Part shown: piece by piece, positions 18,038 to 28,627 of the stretch
How the letters are laid out: each line of letters starts with the position of its first letter
How positions within the stretch are numbered: the stretch's first letter is position 1
Program-made: the position numbers and the translations under genes
Notes under the pieces: generated by a model
The model's database searches: none
Seen by the model: the letters and a program-made list of their open reading frames with translations, nothing else
Told to the model about the DNA's origin: nothing
Assembly: GCA_964420375.1 (NCBI GenBank)
Contig: CAYQTK010000003.1
Span: 1-55,691, forward strand
Reading direction: 5' to 3'
DNA from: an uncultured bacterium
GTDB taxonomy: Bacteria; RBG-13-61-14; DATKZS01
Length of the DNA stretch: 55,691 nt

Positions 18038-19951
18038 TTGGGCAATATAGGAAAAACCCTTTTTGTTTGGGTACTCATATTCGCAGTTTTCATCTCTATA
18101 TTCTGGTTTGTAAACCAGGACAAAGAGAAAGCCGACTCTATCAAGTACAGCAAGTTCATAGGGCTGGTTGAAGACGGCGAGGTCGCTTCGATAACCGTTA
18201 AAGGCGAGGAGATATCCGGGGAGTACATCAAGGCCGACGGTTCCTTCAAGACCTACGGTCCTGTTGACGTGGAGATGTTCAATCTTCTCAAGGAGAACGG
18301 GGTCGAGGTCGAGTACAAAGAGGACAAGGAATCTGCGATAATGCAGGTTCTTTTCACGTATCTTCCCATCCTGCTTCTGGTCTTTTTCATGATATTTTTC
18401 ATCCGTCAGATGCAGAGTTCGGGCGGCAAGGCCATGAGCTTCGGCAAGAGCCGGGCCAAGCTTTTCAACGAGGGGCAGCAGAAGGTCACCTTTGACGACG
18501 TGGCCGGCATAGTCGAGGTCAAAGAAGAGCTTCAGGAGATCATCGAGTTTTTAAAGGACCCCCGCAAGTTCACCAAGCTGGGCGGTCGGATACCCAAGGG
18601 GATGCTGCTGGTGGGCGCGCCGGGCACGGGCAAGACCCTGGTGGGCCGGGCCATAGCCGGGGAAGCGGGCGTTCCTTTCCTGTCCATCTCCGGCTCCGAC
18701 TTCGTGGAGATGTTCGTGGGCGTGGGAGCGTCCCGCGTCCGGGACCTGTTCATGCAGGGCAAGAAGAACGCGCCCTGCATCATCTTTATTGACGAGTTGG
18801 ACGCAGTAGGCAGGCACCGCGGCGCCGGAGTAGGCGGCGGACACGACGAGCGGGAGCAGACCTTGAACCAACTCCTGGTGGAAATGGACGGGTTTGAGAC
18901 CAACGAGGGCGTCATCATTGTGGCGGCGACCAACCGTCCCGACGTGCTCGACCCCGCCCTGTTGCGGCCGGGCAGGTTCGACCGGCAGGTGGTTGTTCCC
19001 CGGCCCGACGTAAAAGGCAGGTTCGATATCCTCAAGGTCCATGCCAATAAGGTGACCCTGGCTGACGACACCAACCTGGAGGACATCGCCAAGGGGACCC
19101 CCGGTTTTTCCGGCGCCGACCTCGAGAACCTGGTCAACGAGGCCGCGCTCATCGCCGCCCGCCGCAACAAGGACTACGTGGACCAGCTCGATTTCGAGTT
19201 TGCCAAGGACAAGGTCATGATGGGCACCGAGCGCCGGAGCATGGTGATAAGCGAGGAGGAAAAAAGGGTCACCGCTTACCACGAAAGCGGTCATGCCATG
19301 GCAGCCTTCCTGGTGCCGGGCAGCGATCCGGTCCACAAGGTCACCATTATTCCCCGGGGGAGGGCGCTGGGAGTGACCCAGCAGCTTCCCAACGAGGACA
19401 AGTACACCATATCCAAGGAAAAGGCGGAGAACGACATGGTCATGCTGCTAGGCGGCCGTGCGGCAGAGGAGATATCACTTTCCACCCGCACGTCCGGATC
19501 AGGCAACGACCTGGAAAGGGCCACCGAGCTCGCCCGGAAGATGGTCTGCGAGTGGGGAATGAGCGAAGAGATGGGCCCTGTCACCTTTGGCGAAAAGGAT
19601 GAAGAGATATTTCTCGGCAAGGAGCTGGCATCCAAAAAATCCTACAGCGAAAAGACCGCGGAGAAGATAGACACCGAGATAAAAAAAATCGTGAGCAAGG
19701 CTTATGAGCGGGCTGTGGACCTGTTGACCAATAACCGCGACAAGCTCGAGATCATGGCCCATGCGCTTCTCGAACGCGAGTCCCTGGACGCCGGCGAGAT
19801 CAAGCTCATCATGAAAGGCGAAGAGCTCCCTCCCATAAAACTGGAAGACGACAGGATCAAGCAGAAGGAAGAACACAAAAAGGACAAGAAAAAGAAGTCC
19901 GAAGTCAAGCCGGTGGTCCCCGCAACCGACCCCGTGGGAGGGGAAGCCTGA
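18038..19951 (+). CDS. ftsH: ATP-dependent zinc metalloprotease FtsH
   Basis: Two N-terminal TMs, [21 protein letters not shown] '[21 protein letters not shown]', HESGH zinc motif; TTG start with GGGAG RBS. Confidence 0.98.
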   Translation: MGNIGKTLFVWVLIFAVFISIFWFVNQDKEKADSIKYSKFIGLVEDGEVASITVKGEEISGEYIKADGSFKTYGPVDVEMFNLLKENGVEVEYKEDKESAIMQVLFTYLPILLLVFFMIFFIRQMQSSGGKAMSFGKSRAKLFNEGQQKVTFDDVAGIVEVKEELQEIIEFLKDPRKFTKLGGRIPKGMLLVGAPGTGKTLVGRAIAGEAGVPFLSISGSDFVEMFVGVGASRVRDLFMQGKKNAPCIIFIDELDAVGRHRGAGVGGGHDEREQTLNQLLVEMDGFETNEGVIIVAATNRPDVLDPALLRPGRFDRQVVVPRPDVKGRFDILKVHANKVTLADDTNLEDIAKGTPGFSGADLENLVNEAALIAARRNKDYVDQLDFEFAKDKVMMGTERRSMVISEEEKRVTAYHESGHAMAAFLVPGSDPVHKVTIIPRGRALGVTQQLPNEDKYTISKEKAENDMVMLLGGRAAEEISLSTRTSGSGNDLERATELARKMVCEWGMSEEMGPVTFGEKDEEIFLGKELASKKSYSEKTAEKIDTEIKKIVSKAYERAVDLLTNNRDKLEIMAHALLERESLDAGEIKLIMKGEELPPIKLEDDRIKQKEEHKKDKKKKSEVKPVVPATDPVGGEA

Positions 19952-20076
19952 TACCCTCTTGCCCGGTCCATATCCATCACAGGGGGCTGAGAATCTCCTT
20001 TGAATAGAAGGACGCCTCTGCCGGGCGGTCTTTATTTTTTCGTGCCCATCCCTAAAAATAACCTTGGCGGATCGTT

Positions 20077-22815
20077 ATGAGCCTTATTCACAAAAGCTTG
20101 CCGCTTACAGGGCTGTTAATCATTTCCTGCATCTTGTTTGCGGCATCGTCTCCAACCGCGGCCTGTAAAGAAGAAGCAGACTTTGCAACAGCATGGCCGG
20201 AGATAACCGGGGAAACAAGGCCCTGGACTTACTGGTGGTGGATGGGCAGCGCCGTCGAGAAAGAGGAGATCAGGAAAAACCTGGAGATGCTCGACCGGGC
20301 GGGTCTGGGAGGAGTGCATATCATACCCGTTTATGGAGTGAAGGGGTATGAGCACATGTACATCAACTACCTGTCGCGCCGCTGGATGAAGATGTTCGAG
20401 TTCACCACCAAGGAGGCCCGCCGCCTGGGTATGAGGGTGGATATTTCCACAGGCACTGGCTGGCCGTTCGGCGGGCCGCAGATAAAAGCCGAACACGCCG
20501 CCAAGACCGTGCATCTTGAAAAGAGCGCAGACAAATATGAAGCCAAAGCAAAAGAAACCGGCCAACAGGTAAAGCGTGCCGCACCCGGCGGCCACGGCCC
20601 CGTCATGGACTACTACTCCGAAGAAGCCCTGCAGGCGTATCTTTCCCGCTTCGACAATGCCTTTTTAAAAACCGCGGTACGACCGCGCTCGTTTTACAAC
20701 GATTCCTTCGAGGTCTACGGCGCGGACTGGACGCGGGACATGTTCGAGGAGTTCAAGCACCGCCGGGGCTACGATCTCCGCGAACACCTGGCAGCCCTGG
20801 ACGACAAGGGAGGCGACGAGTATGTCTCCCGCGTCATGTGCGATTATCGCGAGACGATCTCCGATCTTTTGCTGGAAGATTTCACCCGCCCCTGGACAGA
20901 GTGGGCGCATGAACAAGGAGCGATAACCCGCAACCAGGCACACGGATCTCCCGGTAACCTGCTCGACCTCTATGCCGCTGCCGACGTGCCCGAGACCGAG
21001 GTCTTCGGACCGAGCCGTTTCAACATCCCCGGCATAGACTATTACCAAGAACTGCCCGGCCACCAGGGAAAGCCCGATATCCTGGTCATGAAGTTCGCGT
21101 CAAGCGCGGCCCACGTGGGCGGCAAAAGACTTGCCTCATCCGAGTCATGCACCTGGCTTAACGAGCATTTCACCATATCTCTCGCCCAGGTTAAACCGGA
21201 GATAGACAAGCTCTGGATGGGAGGAGTCAATCATATCTTCTTTCACGGCATAACCTACTCGCCGACCTGTGAACAATGGCCGGGGTGGCTGTTCTACGCC
21301 TCCACCAACTTCGGGCCGACAAATCCGTGGTTTCGAGACCTGCCCGCATTGAATGCATATATCGCCCGGACCCAGGCGTTTCTCCAGGCAGGCGCGTCCG
21401 ACAACGACGTACTGCTCTACTGGCCCGTCCACGACCTGTGGAGCGGAGTGTATGAAAAAGACCCCTCGGACAGGTTCAACGAAAACATGGCCGAAGCCTG
21501 GAAGCACCTTGTCCAGGGCAGGCCGGCCGAGTTCGCCGATACTGTGCAAAGCGCGGCAGTCGAGCTGTATGAAGCCAAACAAAGCAGGGTCAAGCTCTTC
21601 TCCGTTCACAAGGCTTCTACCTGGCTTCACGCAACTCCCTTTGGACAGACCGCCCGCCGACTGCTGGAGAAAGGCTACAGCTTTGATTACGTCTCCGACC
21701 GGATGATCGCGGAACTCACCTTTGACGGGCTCATTAGATCGCAAGGGGGCGCAACGTACAAGGCAATAGTTGTGCCGCGGCTGCGTTACATGCCGGTCGA
21801 GACCCAGCAGAACCTGAGCCGGCTCTCCAGAGAGGGCGCCTCCATCATATATCTTGATGAGCTTCCCGCGGATGTGCCCGGGCTCCGGCGACTTGAAAAA
21901 CGCAGGCGGCTTCTCCGCAAAGCAGTCGAGCAGTTGGAAGAGGACAGCGTCATGTACGGCAAAAACATGGAAGCCATGCTCCACGCAGCAGGTGTGGAAA
22001 GGGAAACCATGGTTGATCATGGTCTTTCCTTTATCAGGCGGTCGCACCGGCAGGGCTGTTACTACTTCACGGCCAACCTGGGACCGCGTAAAGTCGAGGA
22101 GTGGATCGAGCTGGGAACAACCGTCCGCTCCGCCATAATCTTCGACACTATGCATAAAAAGAGGGGCCTTGCCCCGCTGGATTCAAGTGGGGACGGAAGG
22201 ACAAGGATATATCTCGAGCTCGATCCCGGTCGCTCACTGGTTGTGAAAACGTTCACCAACAAGGAACCGGTGGTGAGGCCGTGGAAATATTGCGGTCCGG
22301 CAGTAGAGAGCATATCAATCGAGGGCCCCTGGCACGTCGAGTTCATCGCCGGAGGTCCTGAACTTCCGGAGAGCTACAACACAAGCTCGCTTGAGTCCTG
22401 GACCCGCAGGCAGGGAAGCGATTACAAGTACTTCTCGGGCACCGCTCGTTACTCAACGGATTTCCACGTTCCTGCCGACGCTATGGTGCGCGACTGGTGC
22501 CTGAAGCTGGGTGAAGTCCATGAAAGCGCCCGAGTGTTCATAAACGGCGAAGAGGCGGGCGTGGTTTTCAGCCCGCCTTACAAGCTTCGGGCGGGCAAGT
22601 ACCTGCATCCCGGTATCAACCATCTGGCAATCGAGGTCACCAATCTTTCCGCCAACCGGATCATATACCTCGACCGGCACCTGAAAAAGTGGAAGAAGTT
22701 CCGTGATATTAACTTCGTGAACGTTAACTACCTGCCGTTTTACGCGGGTTTGTGGGAGCCTTTCGAGTCCGGTCTCATCGGGCCGCTTCTCCTGGTACCG
22801 GAGATAAAAGGTTGA
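20077..22815 (+). CDS. Exported glycoside hydrolase, GH106 (alpha-L-rhamnosidase-like) with C-terminal sugar-binding domain
   Basis: RPWTYWWWMGSAV, GTGWPFGGP, FYNDSFE, QAHGSP, PETE, SESCTW, HIFFHG, FSGTARY, GLIGP; signal peptide. Confidence 0.82.
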   Translation: MSLIHKSLPLTGLLIISCILFAASSPTAACKEEADFATAWPEITGETRPWTYWWWMGSAVEKEEIRKNLEMLDRAGLGGVHIIPVYGVKGYEHMYINYLSRRWMKMFEFTTKEARRLGMRVDISTGTGWPFGGPQIKAEHAAKTVHLEKSADKYEAKAKETGQQVKRAAPGGHGPVMDYYSEEALQAYLSRFDNAFLKTAVRPRSFYNDSFEVYGADWTRDMFEEFKHRRGYDLREHLAALDDKGGDEYVSRVMCDYRETISDLLLEDFTRPWTEWAHEQGAITRNQAHGSPGNLLDLYAAADVPETEVFGPSRFNIPGIDYYQELPGHQGKPDILVMKFASSAAHVGGKRLASSESCTWLNEHFTISLAQVKPEIDKLWMGGVNHIFFHGITYSPTCEQWPGWLFYASTNFGPTNPWFRDLPALNAYIARTQAFLQAGASDNDVLLYWPVHDLWSGVYEKDPSDRFNENMAEAWKHLVQGRPAEFADTVQSAAVELYEAKQSRVKLFSVHKASTWLHATPFGQTARRLLEKGYSFDYVSDRMIAELTFDGLIRSQGGATYKAIVVPRLRYMPVETQQNLSRLSREGASIIYLDELPADVPGLRRLEKRRRLLRKAVEQLEEDSVMYGKNMEAMLHAAGVERETMVDHGLSFIRRSHRQGCYYFTANLGPRKVEEWIELGTTVRSAIIFDTMHKKRGLAPLDSSGDGRTRIYLELDPGRSLVVKTFTNKEPVVRPWKYCGPAVESISIEGPWHVEFIAGGPELPESYNTSSLESWTRRQGSDYKYFSGTARYSTDFHVPADAMVRDWCLKLGEVHESARVFINGEEAGVVFSPPYKLRAGKYLHPGINHLAIEVTNLSANRIIYLDRHLKKWKKFRDINFVNVNYLPFYAGLWEPFESGLIGPLLLVPEIKG

Positions 22816-22963
22816 AGAGCGGGCAACATATTGCCGTTTAAGCCGTCCGATCCGTGCTCGCGTTGCAGTCTATAGTATTTGGCTGCTCCATAGAATCCGG
22901 GAGATACTTCAGTCCCTGCTGATGAAACCATGGCATCTTCCTCCTTCCGTGCCGCCGTGGAGA

Positions 22964-23020
22964 TATGAAAGCGCAAGCAAGCTTGTGCAGTCCAAAAACG
23001 GAGATTCCAACAAGCACTGG
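22964..23020 (+). repeat. Decayed right end of the MITE-like repeat element
   Basis: TATGAAAGCGCAAGC-AA-GCTTGTGCAGTCCAAAAACGGA aligns with TATGAAAGCGAAAGC-AA-GCTTTCGCACTCCGAAAACGGA of copy 3. Confidence 0.7.
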
Positions 23021-23069
23021 TCTGTCCTTTTTTTCCCGGAGTGCGGTCTTTAAGCGGACCTTTCATGTG

Positions 23070-24002
23070 TTATAACTTTTTTCCTTTGAAAAAAGCCACC
23101 GTCTTCTCCAGTCCTTCGTGGAGAGACACGGCGGGCTCCCATAAGAGGACCTTTTCGGCAAGGGCGGGGGCAAGTACGCTCCGCCTCTGTTCGCCCGGCT
23201 TGGGGGGACCGTGAGTCTCCTCCGCGTCAGAGGCGGTGAGATCGGCGAGTATGCGGAAGATGCCGTTTATGTCCGTCTCTTTGCCGGTGCCTATGTTGAC
23301 CGTACCTATAAAGTTGGAGTAAAGGGAGGCCACGTTGGCCCGGGCCACGTCTTCCACATATACGAAGTCCCGCGTCTGTAAGCCGTCGCCGTTTATTACC
23401 GGCTTTTCTCCCCTCTGCATCTTCTGGCAGAAGATGGCCACCACGCCGGCCTCCCCGAACGGGTCCTGGCGGGGACCGTAGACGTTGGCGTAGCGAAGCG
23501 ATACCCAGCGCAGGCCGTGGGTCTTTTCGTAAAAGTAAAGGTATCTCTCCGTGGCCAGCTTGGAAACGGCGTAAGGTGAAAGCGGCTTCTCGGGATGTGT
23601 CTCTGCCGCCGGAAACGTCTCCTGCTCGCCGTAAACCGCGCCGCCGGTGCCTGCGAAAACAAAACGACCGGTCTCATGCTTTATACAGCTTTCCAGGAGA
23701 TTAAGACTGCCCATGATATTCACGTCAGCGTCGAAAACCGGGTCCTCCACCGAGTCGCGGACGCTGACCTGGGCGGCGTGATGGTTTACAAGCCCGGGCT
23801 TGAAATCTTCAAACACGCGATCAAGGGCGTCCCGGTCGCGTATGTCAACTTCCTTGAGCGAGATGCCGGCGGGAAGGTTCTCCTTTCTGCCGCGTAAAAG
23901 ATTGTCCACCGCCAGAACCTGGTGGCCCTCATTTAGAAAAGCCTCGGCAACGTGAGAGCCTATGAAGCCCGCGCCGCCAGTTACCAGTATCCGCAACCGC
24001 AC
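23070..24002 (-). CDS. NAD-dependent epimerase/dehydratase, UDP-glucose 4-epimerase type
   Basis: TGGAGFIGSH, HHAAQVSV, YAVSK, RYANVYGPRQDP.GEAGVV, RDFVYV; start may be TTG 23996. Confidence 0.92.
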   Translation of the reverse strand: MRLRILVTGGAGFIGSHVAEAFLNEGHQVLAVDNLLRGRKENLPAGISLKEVDIRDRDALDRVFEDFKPGLVNHHAAQVSVRDSVEDPVFDADVNIMGSLNLLESCIKHETGRFVFAGTGGAVYGEQETFPAAETHPEKPLSPYAVSKLATERYLYFYEKTHGLRWVSLRYANVYGPRQDPFGEAGVVAIFCQKMQRGEKPVINGDGLQTRDFVYVEDVARANVASLYSNFIGTVNIGTGKETDINGIFRILADLTASDAEETHGPPKPGEQRRSVLAPALAEKVLLWEPAVSLHEGLEKTVAFFKGKKL

Positions 24003-24031
24003 ACCCCCTTTCGTTCTTGTTTTGCCGGACC

Positions 24032-24790
24032 TTAATCGTCCGGCTCGATCACCTTGTTTTCAAGTACCAGCACCGGGTTTTCGTAAAGCACCTTGCCGGC
24101 GCGCTTGCCGAGCAGCTTCTCCGCCTTTTTCCGAAAACCGGGCAGCAGCTCGGAAAGCCCGGCCGAGGAATGGCCGTCAGTGCCCACCAGGTCGATGAGT
24201 CCTTCCTTGGCCATTTTCTTTATCACCTTGAAAGTCTGCTTTCCCGCGAGCCCCGTTATGCTCTCCAGGTTGGCCTGAAACAAGTGTCCGCTCTGGCGCA
24301 GCCCCTTCAGAATACGGGGAGAGCGCTGCACTGCAAGGTACCGCTCCGGGTGGGCGATCACCGGCCGGAGAAAGGGAAGGACGTCTCTCATCTCCTTGTC
24401 CTCCAACAGGTCCGGCCACGACCTCTCCCCCACGTAGGGGGGCCAGTTGATGACAGGCAGCTCGAGAAGAAGGTAATTGGAATCCCCCAGGGTGCAAAGG
24501 GGATGGAAAAACCGCAGCAGGTCACACAGAGCCCGGTCCATGTAATACTCCGCCCCGGATACGACCTCGAGGGGTATGCCCTCTTCGGAGTAGAAGTCGG
24601 AAAGCTCGCGCGCGTTCCGGTGAATGACTTCGCTTGTCAGCCGTGACCCGTCCTGGTCGATGACGTGAGGCGTGGATATGATCTTCTCGAAGCCATGCTC
24701 GGCAAGCAGCTTTCCCATCCGAGCGGATTCTTCGAGGTCACCGGCGCCGTCGTCCACGCCGGGAAGTATGTGGCAGTGAACGTCGATCAT
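24032..24790 (-). CDS. CpsB/CapC/YwqE-type PHP tyrosine-protein phosphatase
   Basis: IDVHCHILPGVDDGA, STPH, GAE, IAHPERY, GTDGH. Confidence 0.92.
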   Translation of the reverse strand: MIDVHCHILPGVDDGAGDLEESARMGKLLAEHGFEKIISTPHVIDQDGSRLTSEVIHRNARELSDFYSEEGIPLEVVSGAEYYMDRALCDLLRFFHPLCTLGDSNYLLLELPVINWPPYVGERSWPDLLEDKEMRDVLPFLRPVIAHPERYLAVQRSPRILKGLRQSGHLFQANLESITGLAGKQTFKVIKKMAKEGLIDLVGTDGHSSAGLSELLPGFRKKAEKLLGKRAGKVLYENPVLVLENKVIEPDD

Positions 24791-25503
24791 GGGCCCCTCG
24801 GCTCTTTCCCTTTGCCTTGTTCGTCTTCACTGCCGGTCCCCGGCTTTTTCTCCACGGAAAAGTTGCGAAGTATGCGCACGTGTCTGCCGCACAAGTACTC
24901 CTCGTCTTCCGAGTCCCGGAAAAAGGCGCGGGCGCCGCAAACCGCGCAACGCCGACCGGAAAAGCCCGCGGCTATGAAGTCTGTAAGCAGCCGGTCGAGC
25001 CGCCAAGACGCCAGCTCGATAAAGGTCCTTCCCTTGCGGAGATACAGGTACACTACCCCGGCGAGAATGGCCGCCATGAAAACGCCCTGAACGCCATACT
25101 TGATAAAGACATTGATATATTCCCACCCGATGTAGTTTCCCAGCGCGAAGTCCATCTTCCAGGCGGGCCAGAAGTACATGATTTTCCAGCTTACGTCATT
25201 GGTGAGATTGTCCAGTATCACCTGCACGAAAGAGGAAACCGCGCAAAACAGGAACATGGTGAGGTATCGTCCCCGGTTGATAAGGGAGAGGATTACGCCT
25301 ATGCCGAGGGCCCAGAAGATATTGTGGCTGAAGGTGTGGTGGAGGGTCTCCAGGTCCGGATTTACCATGCTGGGCAGGAAGTCGACGTCGGTGGAAAGTG
25401 CGGCGAACATGATGAGCTTTCGCTCGCGAAGGTTGAAGTCCTTCGCGTTGGCCAAAAACGAGCCTGCGGCCACGTGATACAAAGGGTTCATGATTCTCAT
25501 CAT
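24787..25503 (-). CDS. Membrane-bound metal-dependent hydrolase (YbcI/YdjM-like) with C-terminal Cys/His finger
   Basis: N-terminal H, DVD, HHTFSHN, ILD motifs; C-terminal CAVC...CGRH. Start may be ATG 25491. Confidence 0.7.
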   Translation of the reverse strand: MMRIMNPLYHVAAGSFLANAKDFNLRERKLIMFAALSTDVDFLPSMVNPDLETLHHTFSHNIFWALGIGVILSLINRGRYLTMFLFCAVSSFVQVILDNLTNDVSWKIMYFWPAWKMDFALGNYIGWEYINVFIKYGVQGVFMAAILAGVVYLYLRKGRTFIELASWRLDRLLTDFIAAGFSGRRCAVCGARAFFRDSEDEEYLCGRHVRILRNFSVEKKPGTGSEDEQGKGKEPRGP

Positions 25504-25644
25504 AGACCAGGGGCCCGGCCATATCAAAGTCGGCGGGGATCAGGTTGGAGACTGAAGTATTGAGAGAGCGGCCATTGGTTGCTTTTTGGAGGTGGTGGTG
25601 TTATTACTTGGAGGAGAAGTTCGGGTTCGGAGGGACGCTTACCT

Positions 25645-27564
25645 ATGCCACTTTTGGGCGAGATGCTGGTAAATGACAAGGTCATCACCAAAAAGCAATT
25701 GGAAGAAGGGATTCAGAACCAGGTCATATTCGGGGGAAGACTGGGCACCAATCTCGTCGAGATGGAGTATATTGACGAGCAGACCCTGACCAAGTACCTG
25801 GCCAAAAAGCACGGGGTCCCCACAGTGGCCTGGCGGTCCCTGAACCGGATCAAGCCCGACGTGCTAAAGATTTTTACCCAGAAGCTGGCCAAGTCAACTG
25901 AGTCCTTTCCCGTCAAGATCGACGGCAAAGCCCTCTACGTGGTCATGGCCGACCCCGGCGACCTGGAAGCCATCCAGGAAATAAGCTTTGCCACCCAGAA
26001 GAAAGTAAACCCCCTGGTGCTGCCCGAGATAAGGGTCTTCGACCTTCTGACCCGGTTTTACAAAATAGGCAGAGAACTCCGCTACATCAACCTGGCCATG
26101 AAGTACCAGGTTTCCGCTCCGGAAAAGGCCAGGCCCGAAGCTTCGCCGCGCCCGGCGGTCGCAGACAGAAAGCAAAAAGAGCGCGAAGAAATCCACGAAA
26201 AGATCGACTTCGACAGAAGCCAGGACCTGATGAGCGACGAAGAGTTCCAGAAAATCACCGACGGGCAATACGCCGAACAGGGCTCTGAAACTCCTGCCGG
26301 GCCCGAACCGGAACAAACGGCTCAAGAGAAACCCGGGCCCGAACCGTTGAAACCCGCGATAGAACAGACTCAGCCGGAGACGCAAGCGCCGCCGCCGGAA
26401 CCGGCGGCCAAGGCCCCTCCTGCAGGCAGCCCGGAACAGTACCGCAAGGTCGCCCAGGGTCTTTACAGCCTGCTCATGAAAAGGGGGGTACAACAGTACC
26501 TTGACAAGGAGACACTCCAGGAGTTTCTCAAGGTCTTTGTAAAAAGCCAGCTCACCTCCAGGCAGCTCAGTCTTAACTATCTTGCCAACTGGATGATCAT
26601 CGAGGCCAACGCTTCCGTGGAATGGCTTGAAGAGGTCATGGAGGAGTTCCGAAGTTATGGCCCCTCCTTGAACCTGGAGGTGTATCTGCCGGGCGAGCAG
26701 ATACCCGCGGCAAAACCTGTTGAGCCTGCACCCGCGGCCCCTGCCGCAGAAGATGTCCCCAAAGAAGTGGTGGAACCTGAAGAGCTGACAACGGTTGAGG
26801 AGCAGCCGTCTCCCGCCGAGATGGAGAGTGCTCCCTCTCCGGAGGAAGACAGGGCCGAGGCCAAGCCTGCAGAGGACGTGCTTGACGAGTTGGAAGCCAT
26901 GGAGGCTTCTGCGGAGACGGTAGACGAAGTGAAGACGGAGCAGGCGTCCTACGAGATACTGGAGCTCAGCCCGGAAGAGATGGCCACTGCGGACGAGCTG
27001 GAAAGCTTTGTTCCGGAGGAGGGGGACCTGGAAGGAGAGGAGCAGGAAGTAGAAGCAGAGGAGTACGTCGAGCTTTCGCTGGAGGAGGCCCGCCACAAGA
27101 TACTGACCGAGGTGAACGACCGCAACGACATCTCCCGTATTGTGCTGGGCTTTGCGCAGGGCTTTTTCAAAAGGTCTTTGCTTTTCACTGTCAGGGGAGA
27201 AACCCTGTACGGGTGGGACGGTCGCGGCCCCGGCATCAACACCAAGATGGCCGAGTCCATAATGCTTCCTCTTACGGAGACCAGCGTGTTCCAACTGGTA
27301 ACCAACACCATGAGCTTTTTCCTGGGCCCTCTTCCGCCGGCGCCGGTGAACCAGAGGTTTTTAAAGATATTGGGAGGCCAGACACCCAACAACGCCTTCA
27401 TCATGCCGGTGGTGGTCAATGAAAAGGTGGTCTACATGCTCTACGGGGACAACGGGGAAGGCGAGTTCGTACCGGTAAACGCACCCGAGGTCCAGATTCT
27501 CGCCTATCAGATACCCGCCGCCCTGGAGACCCTGATAAAGCGCAAGAAAGCGGAAGCCGCTTAA
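25645..27564 (+). CDS. MshEN (T2SSE_N/GspE N-terminal) domain protein with Pro/Glu-rich linker and C-terminal GAF-like domain (FrgA-like)
   Basis: LLGEMLV...QLEEGIQNQ...GGRLGTNLVEM tandem MshEN-like repeats, VVMADP; no ATPase domain; C-terminal 'LYGWDGRG...PVVVNEKVVYMLYGDN'. Confidence 0.72.
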   Translation: MPLLGEMLVNDKVITKKQLEEGIQNQVIFGGRLGTNLVEMEYIDEQTLTKYLAKKHGVPTVAWRSLNRIKPDVLKIFTQKLAKSTESFPVKIDGKALYVVMADPGDLEAIQEISFATQKKVNPLVLPEIRVFDLLTRFYKIGRELRYINLAMKYQVSAPEKARPEASPRPAVADRKQKEREEIHEKIDFDRSQDLMSDEEFQKITDGQYAEQGSETPAGPEPEQTAQEKPGPEPLKPAIEQTQPETQAPPPEPAAKAPPAGSPEQYRKVAQGLYSLLMKRGVQQYLDKETLQEFLKVFVKSQLTSRQLSLNYLANWMIIEANASVEWLEEVMEEFRSYGPSLNLEVYLPGEQIPAAKPVEPAPAAPAAEDVPKEVVEPEELTTVEEQPSPAEMESAPSPEEDRAEAKPAEDVLDELEAMEASAETVDEVKTEQASYEILELSPEEMATADELESFVPEEGDLEGEEQEVEAEEYVELSLEEARHKILTEVNDRNDISRIVLGFAQGFFKRSLLFTVRGETLYGWDGRGPGINTKMAESIMLPLTETSVFQLVTNTMSFFLGPLPPAPVNQRFLKILGGQTPNNAFIMPVVVNEKVVYMLYGDNGEGEFVPVNAPEVQILAYQIPAALETLIKRKKAEAA

Positions 27565-27589
27565 GTAATACGCTTGATTTGGAGGTGAC

Positions 27590-28627
27590 ATGCACCAGGA
27601 ACTGTTTAAAATTCCGTATACCGATTTCACGATTTACACCTACGGGCCCATCATGGCCCTGGGTTTCCTCGTGGCTTTCTTCCTCATGTACCATATCGCC
27701 AGGCTCAGGAACGAAGACGCGGACTTCTACATGGACCTTTACATCCTCCTTATCCTCGGCGGTCTTCTGGGAGCCAAGCTGTTATACAACATCGTGGAGT
27801 ACGAGTACTTCCTCCAACTGGTAGAGCGGGAAGGGCTTTTCAGCGCACTCTTTAACGTCATGAACTGCCGGAACGGCGGCCTGGTGTGGTACGGCGGAGT
27901 TGTTCTTGACCTGGGCATCATCTGGTGGTACGCGCGCCGCCGCGGCATACCCGTGGTGCAGGTGTTGGACACCGCTGCCGCACCCGTGGCACTGGGGCTG
28001 GCCATCGGCAGGTGGGGATGCCTGATGGGAGGATGCTGTTACGGAGCGCCGGTGGACGTGTCCGTGCCCACCCAGCTCGGAGTGGCAGCCGGACTCGAGG
28101 CCGACCTCGCAGCAATGCTCAAACAAAGCGTGCCGTGGTGGGCCATAAACTATCCCCAGGACGCGGTGAACGTGCCGCAAGGATGGGTCCATCCCGCGCC
28201 CCTTTACGCCTTCTTATACGGCGTGATCATCGCAGGAGTGATTTACGCAACAATAAGGAAAGGAGTTAGAAGGGGCGTGCCCGCACTGCTCTGGCTCACC
28301 CTGTATCCGGCGGCGCGCTTTTCACAGGAGTTCGTTCGCGGAGACGTGGTCAGGGGATTCATTTATCGCGGAGACGACTTCTTTATGTCGACCTCCCAGT
28401 TTTTGAGCGCACTCCTTTTCCTGACGGCAGTTGCAGGATGGATCATGGTCTTCAGAAGACCTCCGCAAAAGGTGGTAACCCGGGATGATCTAAAGCCGAA
28501 GGAAGACAAAAAAGACAAGGCGCAAAAAGAAAAGCCCAAGCAAAGTAAAAACAAGTCGGACAAAGGCGGGAGCACGAAAAAAAAGCAGAAGAAGAAGGGG
28601 ACCGATGAGGGAAAAGAGAAAAAATAG
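27590..28627 (+). CDS. lgt: Prolipoprotein diacylglyceryl transferase
   Basis: IYTYG, GGLLGAKL, GGLVWYGG, AIGRWGCLMGGCCYG, HPAPLY, RFSQEFVRGD, STSQ; GGAGG RBS. Confidence 0.88.
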   Translation: MHQELFKIPYTDFTIYTYGPIMALGFLVAFFLMYHIARLRNEDADFYMDLYILLILGGLLGAKLLYNIVEYEYFLQLVEREGLFSALFNVMNCRNGGLVWYGGVVLDLGIIWWYARRRGIPVVQVLDTAAAPVALGLAIGRWGCLMGGCCYGAPVDVSVPTQLGVAAGLEADLAAMLKQSVPWWAINYPQDAVNVPQGWVHPAPLYAFLYGVIIAGVIYATIRKGVRRGVPALLWLTLYPAARFSQEFVRGDVVRGFIYRGDDFFMSTSQFLSALLFLTAVAGWIMVFRRPPQKVVTRDDLKPKEDKKDKAQKEKPKQSKNKSDKGGSTKKKQKKKGTDEGKEKK

